Shown: positions 1 to 9,919, counted from the stretch's first letter. The stretch: DNA of 64,000 bases from an uncultured Thermodesulfobacteriota bacterium (GCA_964623985.1 CAZUXG010000002.1:17106-81105), one strand, 5' to 3'. The notes: a model not told the origin generated them from the letters alone. Numbers and translations are program-made.

Positions 1-1088
1 GGAACATCCTCCAAAGATAACTCCCGCTTCAAGGTCCAGGCCTCACGCACAGTCATTTGATTACAGGTCAGGGTGCCGGTTTTGTCAGTACAGATCACAT
101 CGCAACTGCCCAAAGTCTCGACCGAAGCTAAACGGCGAACCAAAGCTTTCCGCCGCAAGAGGCGTTTGACCCCGATACTCAAAGCAATGGTTACAACCGC
201 CGGCAGAGCCGTCGGTACTGCAGCGACTGCCAGACTAATGGCGATAAAAGCAAAAGCGACCAGGGATTCACGACTGATCGTCTGTAAAAGCAAAAATTCC
301 TTGCCGCAGGAAAGCAGCATGACCAAAACGCAAATGACAATTATAACCAAGCCGAGACGCCGGCCAAAACGATCCAATCGCCTTTGCAGCGGCGTCGGCT
401 CCTGCGCCGCTGTTTCAACCAGACCTGCAATAGTACCGATCTCAGTTTTCATGCCGGTGGCCACGACCACAGCCTCGGCCCGACCGCTGACCACTGAGGT
501 TGAAGAGAAGAGCATATTCTTCTGATCGGCAATCTGCAGAGACCCCGCAAGAGTGACACTCTCCTTATTAACCGACAGACTCTCGCCGGTCAACGCCGCC
601 TCTTCCACTAAAAGACGTTTAGCTGTAATAACTCGGGCATCGGCCGGAATCTTGTCGCCAGCGGTAACCAAGATAATATCACCCGGCACCAGAGATCCCG
701 AATTGACCCTCTGCCAGACACCATCACGCAAGACTGTTGCCATCACCTCCGTCATCTTTTTCAAGGCGGCCAGTGACCGGGCGGCACCGTACTCTTGAAA
801 AAAGCCGATCAGAGCATTGATCAAAACAATAATGACAATTATCAGAGAGTCGACATACTCTCCGATAGCCAGAGCGAAAGCAACGGCGAACAGTAGGATA
901 TAGATGATAAAGCTTTTGAATTGATCGAGAAAGAGCCTTAAGGGATGCGGTGGTGGAGCCTCTCGCAGACGGTTTAGCCCATAGCGTTGCAAACGTTGTT
1001 CAACCTCGGCCTGGGTCAGTCCGGCAGCATCACAGACAAGGTTTGAGAAAAGCTCTTCAGGTGTCTTTTGATAATCGGCTGTCACCAT
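1..1088 (-). CDS. P-type cation-transporting ATPase (E1-E2 type), N-terminal ~360 aa; 3' end lies beyond window start
   Basis: Minus-strand translation starts MVTADYQKTPEELFS and contains the phosphorylation motif CTDKTGTLT (revcomp of ~88-116). ATG at 1088-1086 is preceded by AAGGTAGG. The ORF runs off the window edge, so it is absent from the ORF track. Confidence 0.85.
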   Translation of the reverse strand, partial: MVTADYQKTPEELFSNLVCDAAGLTQAEVEQRLQRYGLNRLREAPPPHPLRLFLDQFKSFIIYILLFAVAFALAIGEYVDSLIIVIIVLINALIGFFQEYGAARSLAALKKMTEVMATVLRDGVWQRVNSGSLVPGDIILVTAGDKIPADARVITAKRLLVEEAALTGESLSVNKESVTLAGSLQIADQKNMLFSSTSVVSGRAEAVVVATGMKTEIGTIAGLVETAAQEPTPLQRRLDRFGRRLGLVIIVICVLVMLLSCGKEFLLLQTISRESLVAFAFIAISLAVAAVPTALPAVVTIALSIGVKRLLRRKALVRRLASVETLGSCDVICTDKTGTLTCNQMTVREAWTLKRELSLEDV

Positions 1089-1098
1089 AAACAAAAAC

Positions 1099-1252
1099 CT
1101 ACCTTAAGTCTTGTGGAGCACGTAAAAAAAAGGTCAGTAAAACTCCGCCGGCAATCAAGCCGGCACAGAGTCCGAAAGCGGAATTAAAGGAACCGGTAAA
1201 ATCGGCCAAGTACCCGGCCAGAGCCGGCCCGACAATCTGACCACCACCGAAA
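1099..1252 (-). pseudogene. C-terminal remnant of an MFS transporter (about 50 codons only)
   Basis: Minus-strand translation gives GGGQIVGPALAGYLADFTGSFNSAFGLCAGLIAGGVLLTFFLRAPQDLR*, typical of the last transmembrane helices of an MFS permease. No upstream body or start codon is present. Confidence 0.4.
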
Positions 1253-1277
1253 AAAAGGTAATTTTTCGAGGTACCCT
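1251..1277 (-). repeat. Partial copy (about 26 bp) of the ~70 bp intergenic repeat family, inverted orientation
   Basis: AAAAAAGGTAATTTTTCGAGGTACCC is the reverse complement of the 5' end of the copy at 30886 (GGGTACCTCGAAAAATTATC...). Confidence 0.5.
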
Positions 1278-1286
1278 TCTTAATAA

Positions 1287-2885
1287 CTAATCAAAAGCCG
1301 CAGCCAAGAGGGTTTGCGTATAGTGGTGCTTAGGGTTTTTAAATAATTCCTCGACCGGCCCCTCTTCGACTATCCGACCCTGGTGGAGGACTATAACCCG
1401 GTGACAGAGCGCCTTGACCACTTTCAGATCATGCGAGATAAAAAGATAGGCCAGGTTATGCTTTACCTGCAGGTCTCGCAACAGGTCGAGAACCTGAGCC
1501 TGCACGGAACGGTCGAGCGAAGAGGTAGGCTCGTCGAGGACAACCAATTGCGGTTTCAAAACCAGGGCTCGGGCAATGGCGATACGCTGACGCTGACCAC
1601 CGGAAAATTCGTGCGGATAACGCCGCATGAAAGCCTCTTCCAACCCGACCTCCTGAAGAACTTCAGCGACCATTTGCCGGCGTTCAGAAACGCTTCCGAT
1701 GTGATGCAGCCTTAAACCTTCGGCAACTATCTGTTCGACGGTCATGCGGGGACTTAAACTTGCAAAAGGATCCTGAAAGACTACTTGGAAATAGCGCCGC
1801 AAAGAGCGCAGACCATGAAAACCGGGAGCTGAGATCTCCCGCCCGGCAAAACAAATCCTGCCCTCGGCCTGCAACAAACGCAACAGGGCAAAGCCCAGGG
1901 TCGATTTACCCGAACCACTCTCACCCACGACCCCTAAACTTTCACCGGGACGAATCGCCAGAGAAACCCCATCAACGGCCTTGACATAGTCGCAGGTACG
2001 CTGCAAAAAACCCTTTTTGATCGGAAACCAGACCTTTAAGTCTTCAGCTTTAAGCAGGGGGGCTTCCTGAGGATTGCAAGGAATCGGTCTACCTGAGGGT
2101 TCGGAATTCAATAGTTTTTTTGTATATGAGTGACTCGGAAAAGAAAAAATCTGTTGGCAAATACCAACCTCGACAATCCGGCCGTTGGTCATAACCGCAA
2201 CCCGATCGGCATGATGCCGGACAATGCCAAGATCATGGGTTATCAAAAGAATGGCCATGCCTAAACGTTCTTTGAGTTCGCTCAAAAGAGTAAGTACCTG
2301 TGCCTGCACCGTTACATCAAGAGCGGTCGTCAGTTCATCAGCAATCAACAGATCGGGTTCATTGGCAAGCGCCATGGCAATCATCACCCGCTGCCGCTGG
2401 CCGCCGGAGAGTTCGTGTGGATAGGCATCAAGACGTCGGCCCGCATCTTCGATACCAGCCACTTCGAGAAGCTCTTGGGTGACAGAACGCAACTCCTGCC
2501 GCCGCCCTCCACCACGATGCAGCCGCAAACTTTCACTGATCTGACGAACAATCGTATGCAACGGATTTAACGAGGTCATCGGCTCTTGAAAGATCATCCC
2601 GATACGACCGCCGCGCAGACTTTGCATCTCTTTTTCCGGCAAGTCCAGAATATTCTGACCGCCAAACATAATTCGACCAGCCCCCGGATGACTCGCCTCG
2701 GGATAGGGTAAGAGCTGTAAAATAGAGTGCGCGGTCACCGATTTCCCCGAACCGCTCTCCCCAACCAGAGCCAGGGTCTCACAGCGGTCAATCGTCAAAG
2801 AGACACGATCGACTGCCAGAACACGCTCCCCTCCGGTACCAAAGGCGACGGAAAGGTCTTTTATTGCAAGTAGATGTTCGACCAT
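1287..2885 (-). CDS. ABC transporter ATP-binding protein with two fused ABC ATPase domains (YejF/DppDF-like)
   Basis: 532 aa ORF with two Walker A motifs (GESGSGKS twice), two ABC signature motifs (LSGGQRQR twice) and two Walker B regions. No permease or substrate-binding genes are adjacent. Confidence 0.85.
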   Translation of the reverse strand: MVEHLLAIKDLSVAFGTGGERVLAVDRVSLTIDRCETLALVGESGSGKSVTAHSILQLLPYPEASHPGAGRIMFGGQNILDLPEKEMQSLRGGRIGMIFQEPMTSLNPLHTIVRQISESLRLHRGGGRRQELRSVTQELLEVAGIEDAGRRLDAYPHELSGGQRQRVMIAMALANEPDLLIADELTTALDVTVQAQVLTLLSELKERLGMAILLITHDLGIVRHHADRVAVMTNGRIVEVGICQQIFSFPSHSYTKKLLNSEPSGRPIPCNPQEAPLLKAEDLKVWFPIKKGFLQRTCDYVKAVDGVSLAIRPGESLGVVGESGSGKSTLGFALLRLLQAEGRICFAGREISAPGFHGLRSLRRYFQVVFQDPFASLSPRMTVEQIVAEGLRLHHIGSVSERRQMVAEVLQEVGLEEAFMRRYPHEFSGGQRQRIAIARALVLKPQLVVLDEPTSSLDRSVQAQVLDLLRDLQVKHNLAYLFISHDLKVVKALCHRVIVLHQGRIVEEGPVEELFKNPKHHYTQTLLAAAFD

Positions 2886-3233
2886 CGGAGCTTACGGTGA
2901 TCCCCAAAAGTTGGACAATGTGTTAAGCTATAGATCACTCACAAATTAAGGAGATGATCATAAACAAAAAAAGAACAGCATTAAGAAATTATTTTATATT
3001 TCGAATCCCGGCCTGCAGTTTAACAATACAAAAAGTTGTCTAGACGGTGGGGTTCACCTTAATGCTTTGAAAGAACTCTAATTAAAACCAAATAAAATCG
3101 CAAATAAAATCACCAACAAAAACAGAACACAAATCAAACGGACTTTTTTTAATGACATCAAGGTTGGAGAAGTTTGTCGATTTGATAGAAATTCGAAATT
3201 TCCGAATTTTCTCATCGTTAAAACGCTAATCAC

Positions 3234-4277
3234 TCAAATAATAATCCCGCCACCCAGTAGCCGGTCACCGTGATAGAAAGCGGCCCCCTGCCCTGGGGTT
3301 ATGGCGAATTGGGGGGATACAAACTCAATTTCAGCCTGGCCATCAGCCCGCCGATTAAGGATAGCCAAACCCGGCTCATGACGATAACGAATCCGACACT
3401 CTATTTCAAGAGGTTGAGAAGGCGGCTCAATCAACCAATTAATCTGGTTAACTTTAAAACGGCAACTATAAGCCTCTTCCCGCTTACCTACCAGAAGACG
3501 GTTATCTTGATAATCGAGTTTAATCACATAGAGGGGCTCGGGATTTGCGATCCCCAAACCCCGACGTTGACCAATCGTGTAATTCTGCAGGCCGTGATGT
3601 TCTCCCCGCACGCGACCCTGGCTGTCGACAATCTTGCCGCGACCGCTGATCACGCCCCGCCGCACAAGAAACTCCTGGTACCTTTCACCGTTAAGAAAAC
3701 ATAGTTCCTGACTCTCCCGGTAATTGTCAAGCTCATAACCCGCCTCAGCCGCCAGAATCAGAGCCTTATCCTTACAGACCTCTCCCAAAGGGAAGAGACT
3801 TCGCTGCAATAGCTTTTCCGGTACTGAAAAAAGAAAATAACTCTGGTCTTTACGTTTGTCGCAAGCTTTAAGAAAAGTAACTTCGGACTTATTCGAAACC
3901 CCGGCGAATCGCCGAAAATAGTGCCCGGTGGCCAGCTTCTCAATCTTTAAACGCTCGGCGACCATTGCCAGACAAGCAAATTTAACCAGAGCATTGCAAC
4001 GAATACAGGGATTCGGGGTTTGGGCATGGGTATAAGCAAAAAGCAGATATTCAACCACTTCTTTTGAAAAAGCCTCGACCGCCGGTTCAACCAGTAACTC
4101 AAGCCCCAGCCGGATAGCCATATTTGATGCTCGCTCCAACAAAAAAGAAGTATCCGCTCCCCCCAGATCAAGGACGACAGGAATCACTTGATAACCTTGT
4201 TGCTTAAGCAAAACGGCGGCCGCCGCGCTGTCGACGCCGCCGCTAAAACCCAAAACCACGCTCTTTACTTTAGTCAT
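3234..4277 (-). CDS. mnmA: tRNA-specific 2-thiouridylase MnmA
   Basis: 347 aa. N-terminal PP-loop VVLGFSGGVDSAAAA and the overall MnmA architecture through the C-terminal domain. Confidence 0.85.
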   Translation of the reverse strand: MTKVKSVVLGFSGGVDSAAAAVLLKQQGYQVIPVVLDLGGADTSFLLERASNMAIRLGLELLVEPAVEAFSKEVVEYLLFAYTHAQTPNPCIRCNALVKFACLAMVAERLKIEKLATGHYFRRFAGVSNKSEVTFLKACDKRKDQSYFLFSVPEKLLQRSLFPLGEVCKDKALILAAEAGYELDNYRESQELCFLNGERYQEFLVRRGVISGRGKIVDSQGRVRGEHHGLQNYTIGQRRGLGIANPEPLYVIKLDYQDNRLLVGKREEAYSCRFKVNQINWLIEPPSQPLEIECRIRYRHEPGLAILNRRADGQAEIEFVSPQFAITPGQGAAFYHGDRLLGGGIII

Positions 4278-4766
4278 TTATTTTGATTTGCCTCTGAAAT
4301 TCGCTCTATTTTCATTTATTATTTTACAAAGCCTTCATAATTCCTTTTTAAAAATACAGTAGATAATAAAAAAAGGGAACCAATTTAAGCTCAACTCCCT
4401 TATTCGACAGGTCTGCAGGTCCTTGAAAAATAATCGGTTTACACCAATACCGAACTACAGAAAAATCCCAATCAGACAAGTAAAAAGACAAAAGTTGCTA
4501 ATTCTCCGAATAACAATTTCTGTTTCAGACTCTCTCCCCCTCTAAAATTCGGGGCTTTTAAACACAGAAATACGAGGATACCATGACCATTTATCTTGTG
4601 CGTTAACCTCCTTATCTTTTTAAAAGCTTACCTTATCCCTTAAGAACTTTATCAAGGCGCCCTAAGTAAAGATAAAAAACCGACATTACACTGGACGCAA
4701 GCCTTGAATTTATGCTATGCCAATTCCTCATAAAAACCAACTTAATAAGTAAATCGGGGCGATATC

Positions 4767-6449
4767 ATGCTGTTGGGAATAGATGTTGGCGGTACCCATA
4801 CGGATGCGGTTATCATTGATCGTGGAGGGATAGCAGCTACGGCCAAAGTCGAGACCGACCATAGTAACCTGATCACCTCTCTTGATATGGTCTTAGAAAA
4901 GATTTTAAGTTCAGGACCCGACCAACCTATCAGCAAGATCAACCTGAGCACGACTCTGACCACCAACGCCATTGTCGGAAAGGAGCTTGAAGAGGTTGGC
5001 GTTCTCGCGGTTTCCGGTCCGGGGCTAGCAACAGATTGTTTCAACCACAATCTCGGTGAACATTTCCATCTTCTTGAAGGCTCAATCGACCATCGCGGCA
5101 ATTTACGACTAGCTTTAAATGATGTTGCCGCACGGGAAGTGGTGGCCGGCTGTCAACGCAAGCAACTCAAGGTTTTTGCCGTCGTCAGTAAATTCTCTCC
5201 CCGCAATCCTGAAATCGAACAAACTCTGGCTGAGCTCGTCTCTACACAATCCGACTTTACGACTATCGGTCATCGGATCTCCGGGCGGCTCAATTTCCCC
5301 CGACGTCTGGCAACCGCCTACTACAATACAGCTGTCTGGCGCCGCTACAACGCTTTTGCCGACGCGGTCTCCCTGAGTATCAAAAAATATAAGCTTAACG
5401 CACCACTCAATATCCTTAAAGCCGACGGGGGTACGATTAACTTTAAAAACTCCCGCAACAACCCGATCCAAACGATTCTTTCGGGTCCGGCCGCCAGTGT
5501 CATGGGAATTATCGCCTTAAGTTCAATTACCGAAGATGCCATCATTCTCGACATCGGCGGAACCACTACCGACATCGCCATTTTCGCCAACGGCGCACCC
5601 CTCCTCGAAAAAGAGGGGGTTAGTTTCGGCGGCCGGGCAACGTCGGTACGGGCCATCGGCACTCATTCGATCGGCATTGGCGGCGACTCGGCAATCACCA
5701 TCAACTCTGATGGCAAGATAATGATCGGGCCCCAACGCATGGGTCCACCAATGGCCCTTTCCGGACCGCAACCGACCCTGATTGACGCCTGCAACGTTAA
5801 AAGATTATGCAATCTCGGAAATTTTGCCAAATCTTTTAGCGGCCTAAAAGAATTGGCTGAACAAAACCAATTAACAACTGAGCAACTGGCTGATGAAGCT
5901 CTTGATACGGCGCTGAAAACCATTCAATTTGAAGCACTTAAACTTTTGGATACGATCAACCAAAGGCCGGTCTATACGGTTGAAGAAATTGTGCATGGCA
6001 AACAAATAATCCCACAACAACTCTACGTTATGGGCGGTCCGGCCGTAATTCTGGCGCCATTGCTGGGGCAGTCCTTTGACCTTGCAACCGAAGTCCCGGA
6101 CAATTATGCAGTTGCCAATGCCATCGGCGCAGCCCTGACCCGCACAACCATGGAGATTGAACTCTTCGCTGATACCGGCAAAAAAACGCTGTTGATACCT
6201 AATCTAGGTATAAAACGAAAGATAAACAGTTCCTATTCATTGAACAAAGCCCAAGACGATGGGGTTAGTGAAATAGTGAAATATCTCAAAGAAAACAATC
6301 ATCCCGAAATCAAAAATGAGGATGTCTCCGTGGTTGAGGCCGAATCTTTCAATATGGTCGACGATTATTCTGTCGGCAGTAAAACCATTCGCGTCAGTTG
6401 CCAGATTCGGCCCGGCCTCGAAAAGGATTACCTCGAGGGAATTAAATAA
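4767..6449 (+). CDS. Hydantoinase/oxoprolinase (HyuA-like, ASKHA-fold) family protein
   Basis: 560 aa. N-terminus MLLGIDVGGTHTDAVII and a second ATPase-like motif LDIGGTTTDIAIF. The stop overlaps the start region of the next gene with a 1 bp gap. Confidence 0.6.
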   Translation: MLLGIDVGGTHTDAVIIDRGGIAATAKVETDHSNLITSLDMVLEKILSSGPDQPISKINLSTTLTTNAIVGKELEEVGVLAVSGPGLATDCFNHNLGEHFHLLEGSIDHRGNLRLALNDVAAREVVAGCQRKQLKVFAVVSKFSPRNPEIEQTLAELVSTQSDFTTIGHRISGRLNFPRRLATAYYNTAVWRRYNAFADAVSLSIKKYKLNAPLNILKADGGTINFKNSRNNPIQTILSGPAASVMGIIALSSITEDAIILDIGGTTTDIAIFANGAPLLEKEGVSFGGRATSVRAIGTHSIGIGGDSAITINSDGKIMIGPQRMGPPMALSGPQPTLIDACNVKRLCNLGNFAKSFSGLKELAEQNQLTTEQLADEALDTALKTIQFEALKLLDTINQRPVYTVEEIVHGKQIIPQQLYVMGGPAVILAPLLGQSFDLATEVPDNYAVANAIGAALTRTTMEIELFADTGKKTLLIPNLGIKRKINSSYSLNKAQDDGVSEIVKYLKENNHPEIKNEDVSVVEAESFNMVDDYSVGSKTIRVSCQIRPGLEKDYLEGIK

Positions 6450-6450
6450 A

Positions 6451-7791
6451 ATGAAAAATACCAAGCATTTAGGCGTTATCTTTTTCCCGGCTTATGACTG
6501 GGCCATCAGCCCAACCCACCCGGAACGGGAAGAACGTTTACTCTACACCCAAGACCAACTTCGGGAAGAGGGCGTTTTTGACCTACCCAACATTACGGAA
6601 TATAAACCTGAAATCGCGACCTATGCCGATATTGAACGGATTCATTTCTGTTTCCCCAGCCCCCAAGAAGTCAGCACCGAGTCCCATCTAGTAGCTGCCG
6701 GTGGCGCCATTAAAGCGGCCCGTTTAGTAATGGAAAAAGAAGTAGATAGAGCCTTTGCCCTAGTCCGCCCCCCGGGCCACCACGCCATGAAGGTAGTCCA
6801 CGGCAACCGGGGCTTCTGCAACATCAACAACGAAGCCATTCTGATAGAATTTATCCGGGAACACTACGGTAATAAAAAAATAGCCATTGTTGACACGGAC
6901 TGTCATCACGGCGACGGAACCCAGGATATCTACTGGCATGATCCCAATACCCTTTTCATATCCTTGCATCAGGATGGCCGTACCCTCTATCCCGGTACCG
7001 GTTTCAGCGAGGAACTTGGCGGCCCTACGGCCCGCGGCCGAACCATCAATATCCCGCTGCCGCCCAACACCTCCGATGAAGGTTTTCTCTATGTCATCGA
7101 TAATCTGGTCCAGCCGATTATCGATGATTTCAAACCTGACTTGATCATCAACTCCGCCGGCCAGGACAACCACTATGGTGACCCGCTTACCAATATGAAC
7201 TTCTCGGCCCAGGGCTACGCCCGGCTCAATGAAAAACTCAATCCTAATATTGCTGTCCTGGAGGGCGGCTACTCCATCCAAGGGGCTCTGCCCTATGTCA
7301 ATCTCGGCATTGTTCTGGCGATGGCCGGTCTCGATTACAGCCAGGTTCGAGAACCTGACTATAATTTTAAAAACCTGCGCCAGAGCCCTCAAATCACTGA
7401 ATACATAGAAAAACTCTGCACCCTGACCATGAAAAACTATCTTAAACCGCCACCCTTGAAAGTAAAACCTAACCAATACGATACGCGCTACAAAACGGTC
7501 TACTACGATACCGACGGGATCAACGACCAGCAGTTCGAGCAGATCATGGTCTGCACAAACTGCTCAGGAGTGCGTCATCTAACCTCAAAAACCCATCGCA
7601 ATTCATCCTGTATGGGCATTGAAATCCCGATCGATGCCTGCAAACGCTGCCGCGATGAAGGTTACCGCCTGCTTGATGAAGGACGACGAAACTTCAAGGG
7701 AACCACCATAAAATTCATCAACCGCCTTGACCAGGAATACCTGACTGTAAATGAGTTTGAACTTACACCAATAAGCCGTTACTATTTTTGA
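6451..7791 (+). CDS. Histone deacetylase / acetoin-utilization AcuC family protein with C-terminal Cys-rich zinc-ribbon extension
   Basis: HDAC motifs RPPGHHA, DTDCHHGDGTQ and GGYS. The C-terminal approximately 70 aa carry CTNCSG...C...CKRC cysteines. The start was moved to the ATG at 6451, immediately after the upstream stop; the ORF track extends it through in-frame upstream sequence. Confidence 0.7.
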   Translation: MKNTKHLGVIFFPAYDWAISPTHPEREERLLYTQDQLREEGVFDLPNITEYKPEIATYADIERIHFCFPSPQEVSTESHLVAAGGAIKAARLVMEKEVDRAFALVRPPGHHAMKVVHGNRGFCNINNEAILIEFIREHYGNKKIAIVDTDCHHGDGTQDIYWHDPNTLFISLHQDGRTLYPGTGFSEELGGPTARGRTINIPLPPNTSDEGFLYVIDNLVQPIIDDFKPDLIINSAGQDNHYGDPLTNMNFSAQGYARLNEKLNPNIAVLEGGYSIQGALPYVNLGIVLAMAGLDYSQVREPDYNFKNLRQSPQITEYIEKLCTLTMKNYLKPPPLKVKPNQYDTRYKTVYYDTDGINDQQFEQIMVCTNCSGVRHLTSKTHRNSSCMGIEIPIDACKRCRDEGYRLLDEGRRNFKGTTIKFINRLDQEYLTVNEFELTPISRYYF

Positions 7792-7842
7792 TTGACCCTC
7801 CAACGATTTTTTAAGAGTACATGATTGTGGCACAGGGAAAAG

Positions 7843-9039
7843 ATGAAAATTCTGATTGCTGAGGATGAGAGGGTATCGAGACGCCTTTTGGAAAGTCGCC
7901 TTAAAAAATGGGGCTATGAAGTAACCGCCGCAAAAGATGGCAAAGAAGCCTGGGAGATTTTTCAGAAAGAGCATTTTTCAATGATCATCAGTGACTGGAT
8001 GATGCCGGAAATGGATGGTCTTGAGTTGTTACGGCGCATCCGCTCGATTGAACGACCCGGCTATGTTTACACCATCCTGCTGACGGCCCGCAGCGAAAAA
8101 GAGGATATTTTGGCCGGTATGGAGTCCGGAGCTGATGATTTCATCTCTAAACCTTTTGATAAAGACGAACTCCTGGCCCGGCTCAAAGTTGGGCTCCGGA
8201 TAACCGATCTTGAACGAGACCTAGCCCAACGCAACCAGGAACTGGAAAAAATCAACGATCGCATGCGACGTGACCTCCAGGCGGCGGCTAAGATTCAACA
8301 GTCCCTGTTACCAACTCAGCTGCCGACCTGCGAAAAAGTCAACTTTGCCTGGAAATATGTCCCTTGCGACGAACTCGCCGGCGACACCTTGAACCTCTTT
8401 CATCTTGATGAAGATCATATCGGCCTCTACCTGCTTGATGTTAGTGGTCATGGCGTCCCCGCCGCCCTGCTCTCGGTCAACCTCTCCCGTATTTTAAATC
8501 CCAACCCGGAACAATCCAACCTCCTAAAAGAGCAGGTCATCGGCACTCCAGGCTACCATCTGGTTCGCCCTGAGGAGGTTGCCGACCGTCTCAACCAACG
8601 TTTCCCTTTAGACAACAGTACGGAACAGTATTTTACCATCCAGTATGGCCAATTAAATATCAAATCGGGATCCCTGACCTTTATTTCAGCCGGCCATCCA
8701 CCAATGATACATCTACAGGCCGATGGCGGCTGTCAGACCATCCAAGTCCGCAGTATGCCGATTGGTTTTATGGTTGGCGTCGGCAAGGTTTACACAGAGC
8801 AGCATCTGGACTTAAAAGATGGTGACCGCCTCTATTTCTACTCAGACGGCATTATCGAAGCCATGAACCCAGAAAGAGAGCAATTCGGGATTGAACGCCT
8901 CCTCGAAAAGCTCAACACTTCAAGAACCTTAACACTTCATGACAGCCTTGACCAACTTACCGACGAGCTTGAACACTGGACTGCAGGCCAGGGATACGGC
9001 GATGATGTTTCGCTACTCGCCCTGGAAATTAAACCTTGA
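7843..9039 (+). CDS. Response-regulator receiver domain fused to PP2C-type (SpoIIE/RsbU-like) Ser/Thr phosphatase
   Basis: N-terminal MKILIAEDE...SDWMMPEMDGLEL receiver domain with the Asp pocket. C-terminal PP2C motifs GDTLNLFHLD..., LLDVSGHGVPAAL and YSDGIIEA. Confidence 0.8.
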   Translation: MKILIAEDERVSRRLLESRLKKWGYEVTAAKDGKEAWEIFQKEHFSMIISDWMMPEMDGLELLRRIRSIERPGYVYTILLTARSEKEDILAGMESGADDFISKPFDKDELLARLKVGLRITDLERDLAQRNQELEKINDRMRRDLQAAAKIQQSLLPTQLPTCEKVNFAWKYVPCDELAGDTLNLFHLDEDHIGLYLLDVSGHGVPAALLSVNLSRILNPNPEQSNLLKEQVIGTPGYHLVRPEEVADRLNQRFPLDNSTEQYFTIQYGQLNIKSGSLTFISAGHPPMIHLQADGGCQTIQVRSMPIGFMVGVGKVYTEQHLDLKDGDRLYFYSDGIIEAMNPEREQFGIERLLEKLNTSRTLTLHDSLDQLTDELEHWTAGQGYGDDVSLLALEIKP

Positions 9040-9105
9040 TGGCGGCGCAAAAAATCCGCTCTACTGCGCCGTACCCCAAGGACACTTCCTAGGGGCGCAA
9101 AATAG

Positions 9106-9177
9106 ATTGAATATTTTGAGGATTAAAATTTGAGCCTAACACAGCTATTGGGCAAAAAGACAATTTTTTGAGGTACC
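9106..9177 (-). repeat. Full copy of the ~70 bp intergenic repeat family (inverted relative to the copies at 15202 and 30886)
   Basis: Its reverse complement, GGTACCTCAAAAAATTGTCTTTTTGCCCAATAGCTGTGTTAGGCTCAAATTTTAATCCTCAAAATATTCAAT, aligns to 30886-30950 with about 8 mismatches. Confidence 0.6.
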
Positions 9178-9309
9178 TTTTAACGAAAGCAGCAAGCCTT
9201 GACAACCGTTAAATTGGAGGTTATCCTTTGATTATAAAAAGTCACCCGATAATGAAAATAATTGACTTCGAGTGGCAAGACGGTTTTCCAATTTATTAAG
9301 GAGGTTATT

Positions 9310-9774
9310 ATGGCTATTGTCAAATGGGCACCACACACTCGGGGCTGGGCTCCTTTCCAGGATCTTGTCACAATTCAGGATCGAATCAACAATCTGTTCG
9401 AAGGTTCAATGGGTTACAAAGATGATAAAAGCCTTGCTTCAACTACTTGGAAACCACTGGTTGACATCTTTGAGGATGAACAGGCAATCACCATCAAAGC
9501 AGAATTGCCGGAGGTCGATGAAAAAGATGTCCAAATCAACTTGGACAACAATATGCTGACAATCAAGGGTGAACGTAAACTTGAAAAAGAGGAGAAAAAA
9601 GAGAGCTACCACAGGGTAGAACGCTACTACGGCTCTTTTCAGCGCTCTTTTGAACTACCAACCACGGTCGACCGTGACAATATCGCCGCCAGTTACGATA
9701 AGGGGGTACTTAAAGTTGTCCTGCCCAAAAAAGAGGACAGCCAACCCAAAAAAGTTCAGATTGAAATAAAGTAA
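9310..9774 (+). CDS. Small heat shock protein, Hsp20/alpha-crystallin family
   Basis: Alpha-crystallin domain (WKPLVDIFEDEQAITIKAELPEV...LTIKGERK...GSFQRSFELP...GVLKVVLPK). Start chosen at the ATG with a GGAGG RBS 6 nt upstream. Confidence 0.85.
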   Translation: MAIVKWAPHTRGWAPFQDLVTIQDRINNLFEGSMGYKDDKSLASTTWKPLVDIFEDEQAITIKAELPEVDEKDVQINLDNNMLTIKGERKLEKEEKKESYHRVERYYGSFQRSFELPTTVDRDNIAASYDKGVLKVVLPKKEDSQPKKVQIEIK

Positions 9775-9825
9775 CGAGAACGATTGCCGAAGAGTTCCTT
9801 GATCTACAAACCACTAAATAAAAAA

Positions 9826-9865
9826 AGAAGGGTGATGGAGTTAAACTCCATCACCCTTCTTTTTA
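9826..9865. terminator. Bidirectional rho-independent terminator between convergent hsp20 and the hotdog-domain gene
   Basis: AGAAGGGTGATGGAG-TTAAA-CTCCATCACCCTTCT, a perfect 15 bp stem, is flanked by an A-run upstream and a T-run downstream. Confidence 0.7.
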
Positions 9866-9919
9866 GCTGATATCTGCAAATCTCCAACGCCTGTCTAAAA
9901 ACCGGAACCGCCAGCACCA

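Noticed and set aside
1383-1715. 110 aa plus-strand ORF (and other short ORFs within 1287-2885)
   Set aside because: Antisense to the double ABC ATPase gene, which has unmistakable Walker and signature motifs.
3001-3025. tRNA T-arm-like sequence TTCGAATCCCGGCCTGCAG in AT-rich spacer
   Set aside because: Only about 19 nt resemble a tRNA 3' end. No D-arm, anticodon arm or acceptor pairing can be built, and no intact tRNA exists nearby. It could be an old att remnant, but evidence is insufficient.
6760-7476. 238 aa ORF on the minus strand
   Set aside because: Lies entirely antisense inside the HDAC-family gene, which has strong motif support. Repetitive, Gly/Val-rich translation typical of an antisense artefact.
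9255-9300. Possible sigma-54 (TGGCAAGACGGTTTTCC) or sigma-32 promoter upstream of hsp20
   Set aside because: GG/GC spacing does not fit the -24/-12 rule, and the TTGAAA/CCCCAT sigma-32 consensus is not matched.
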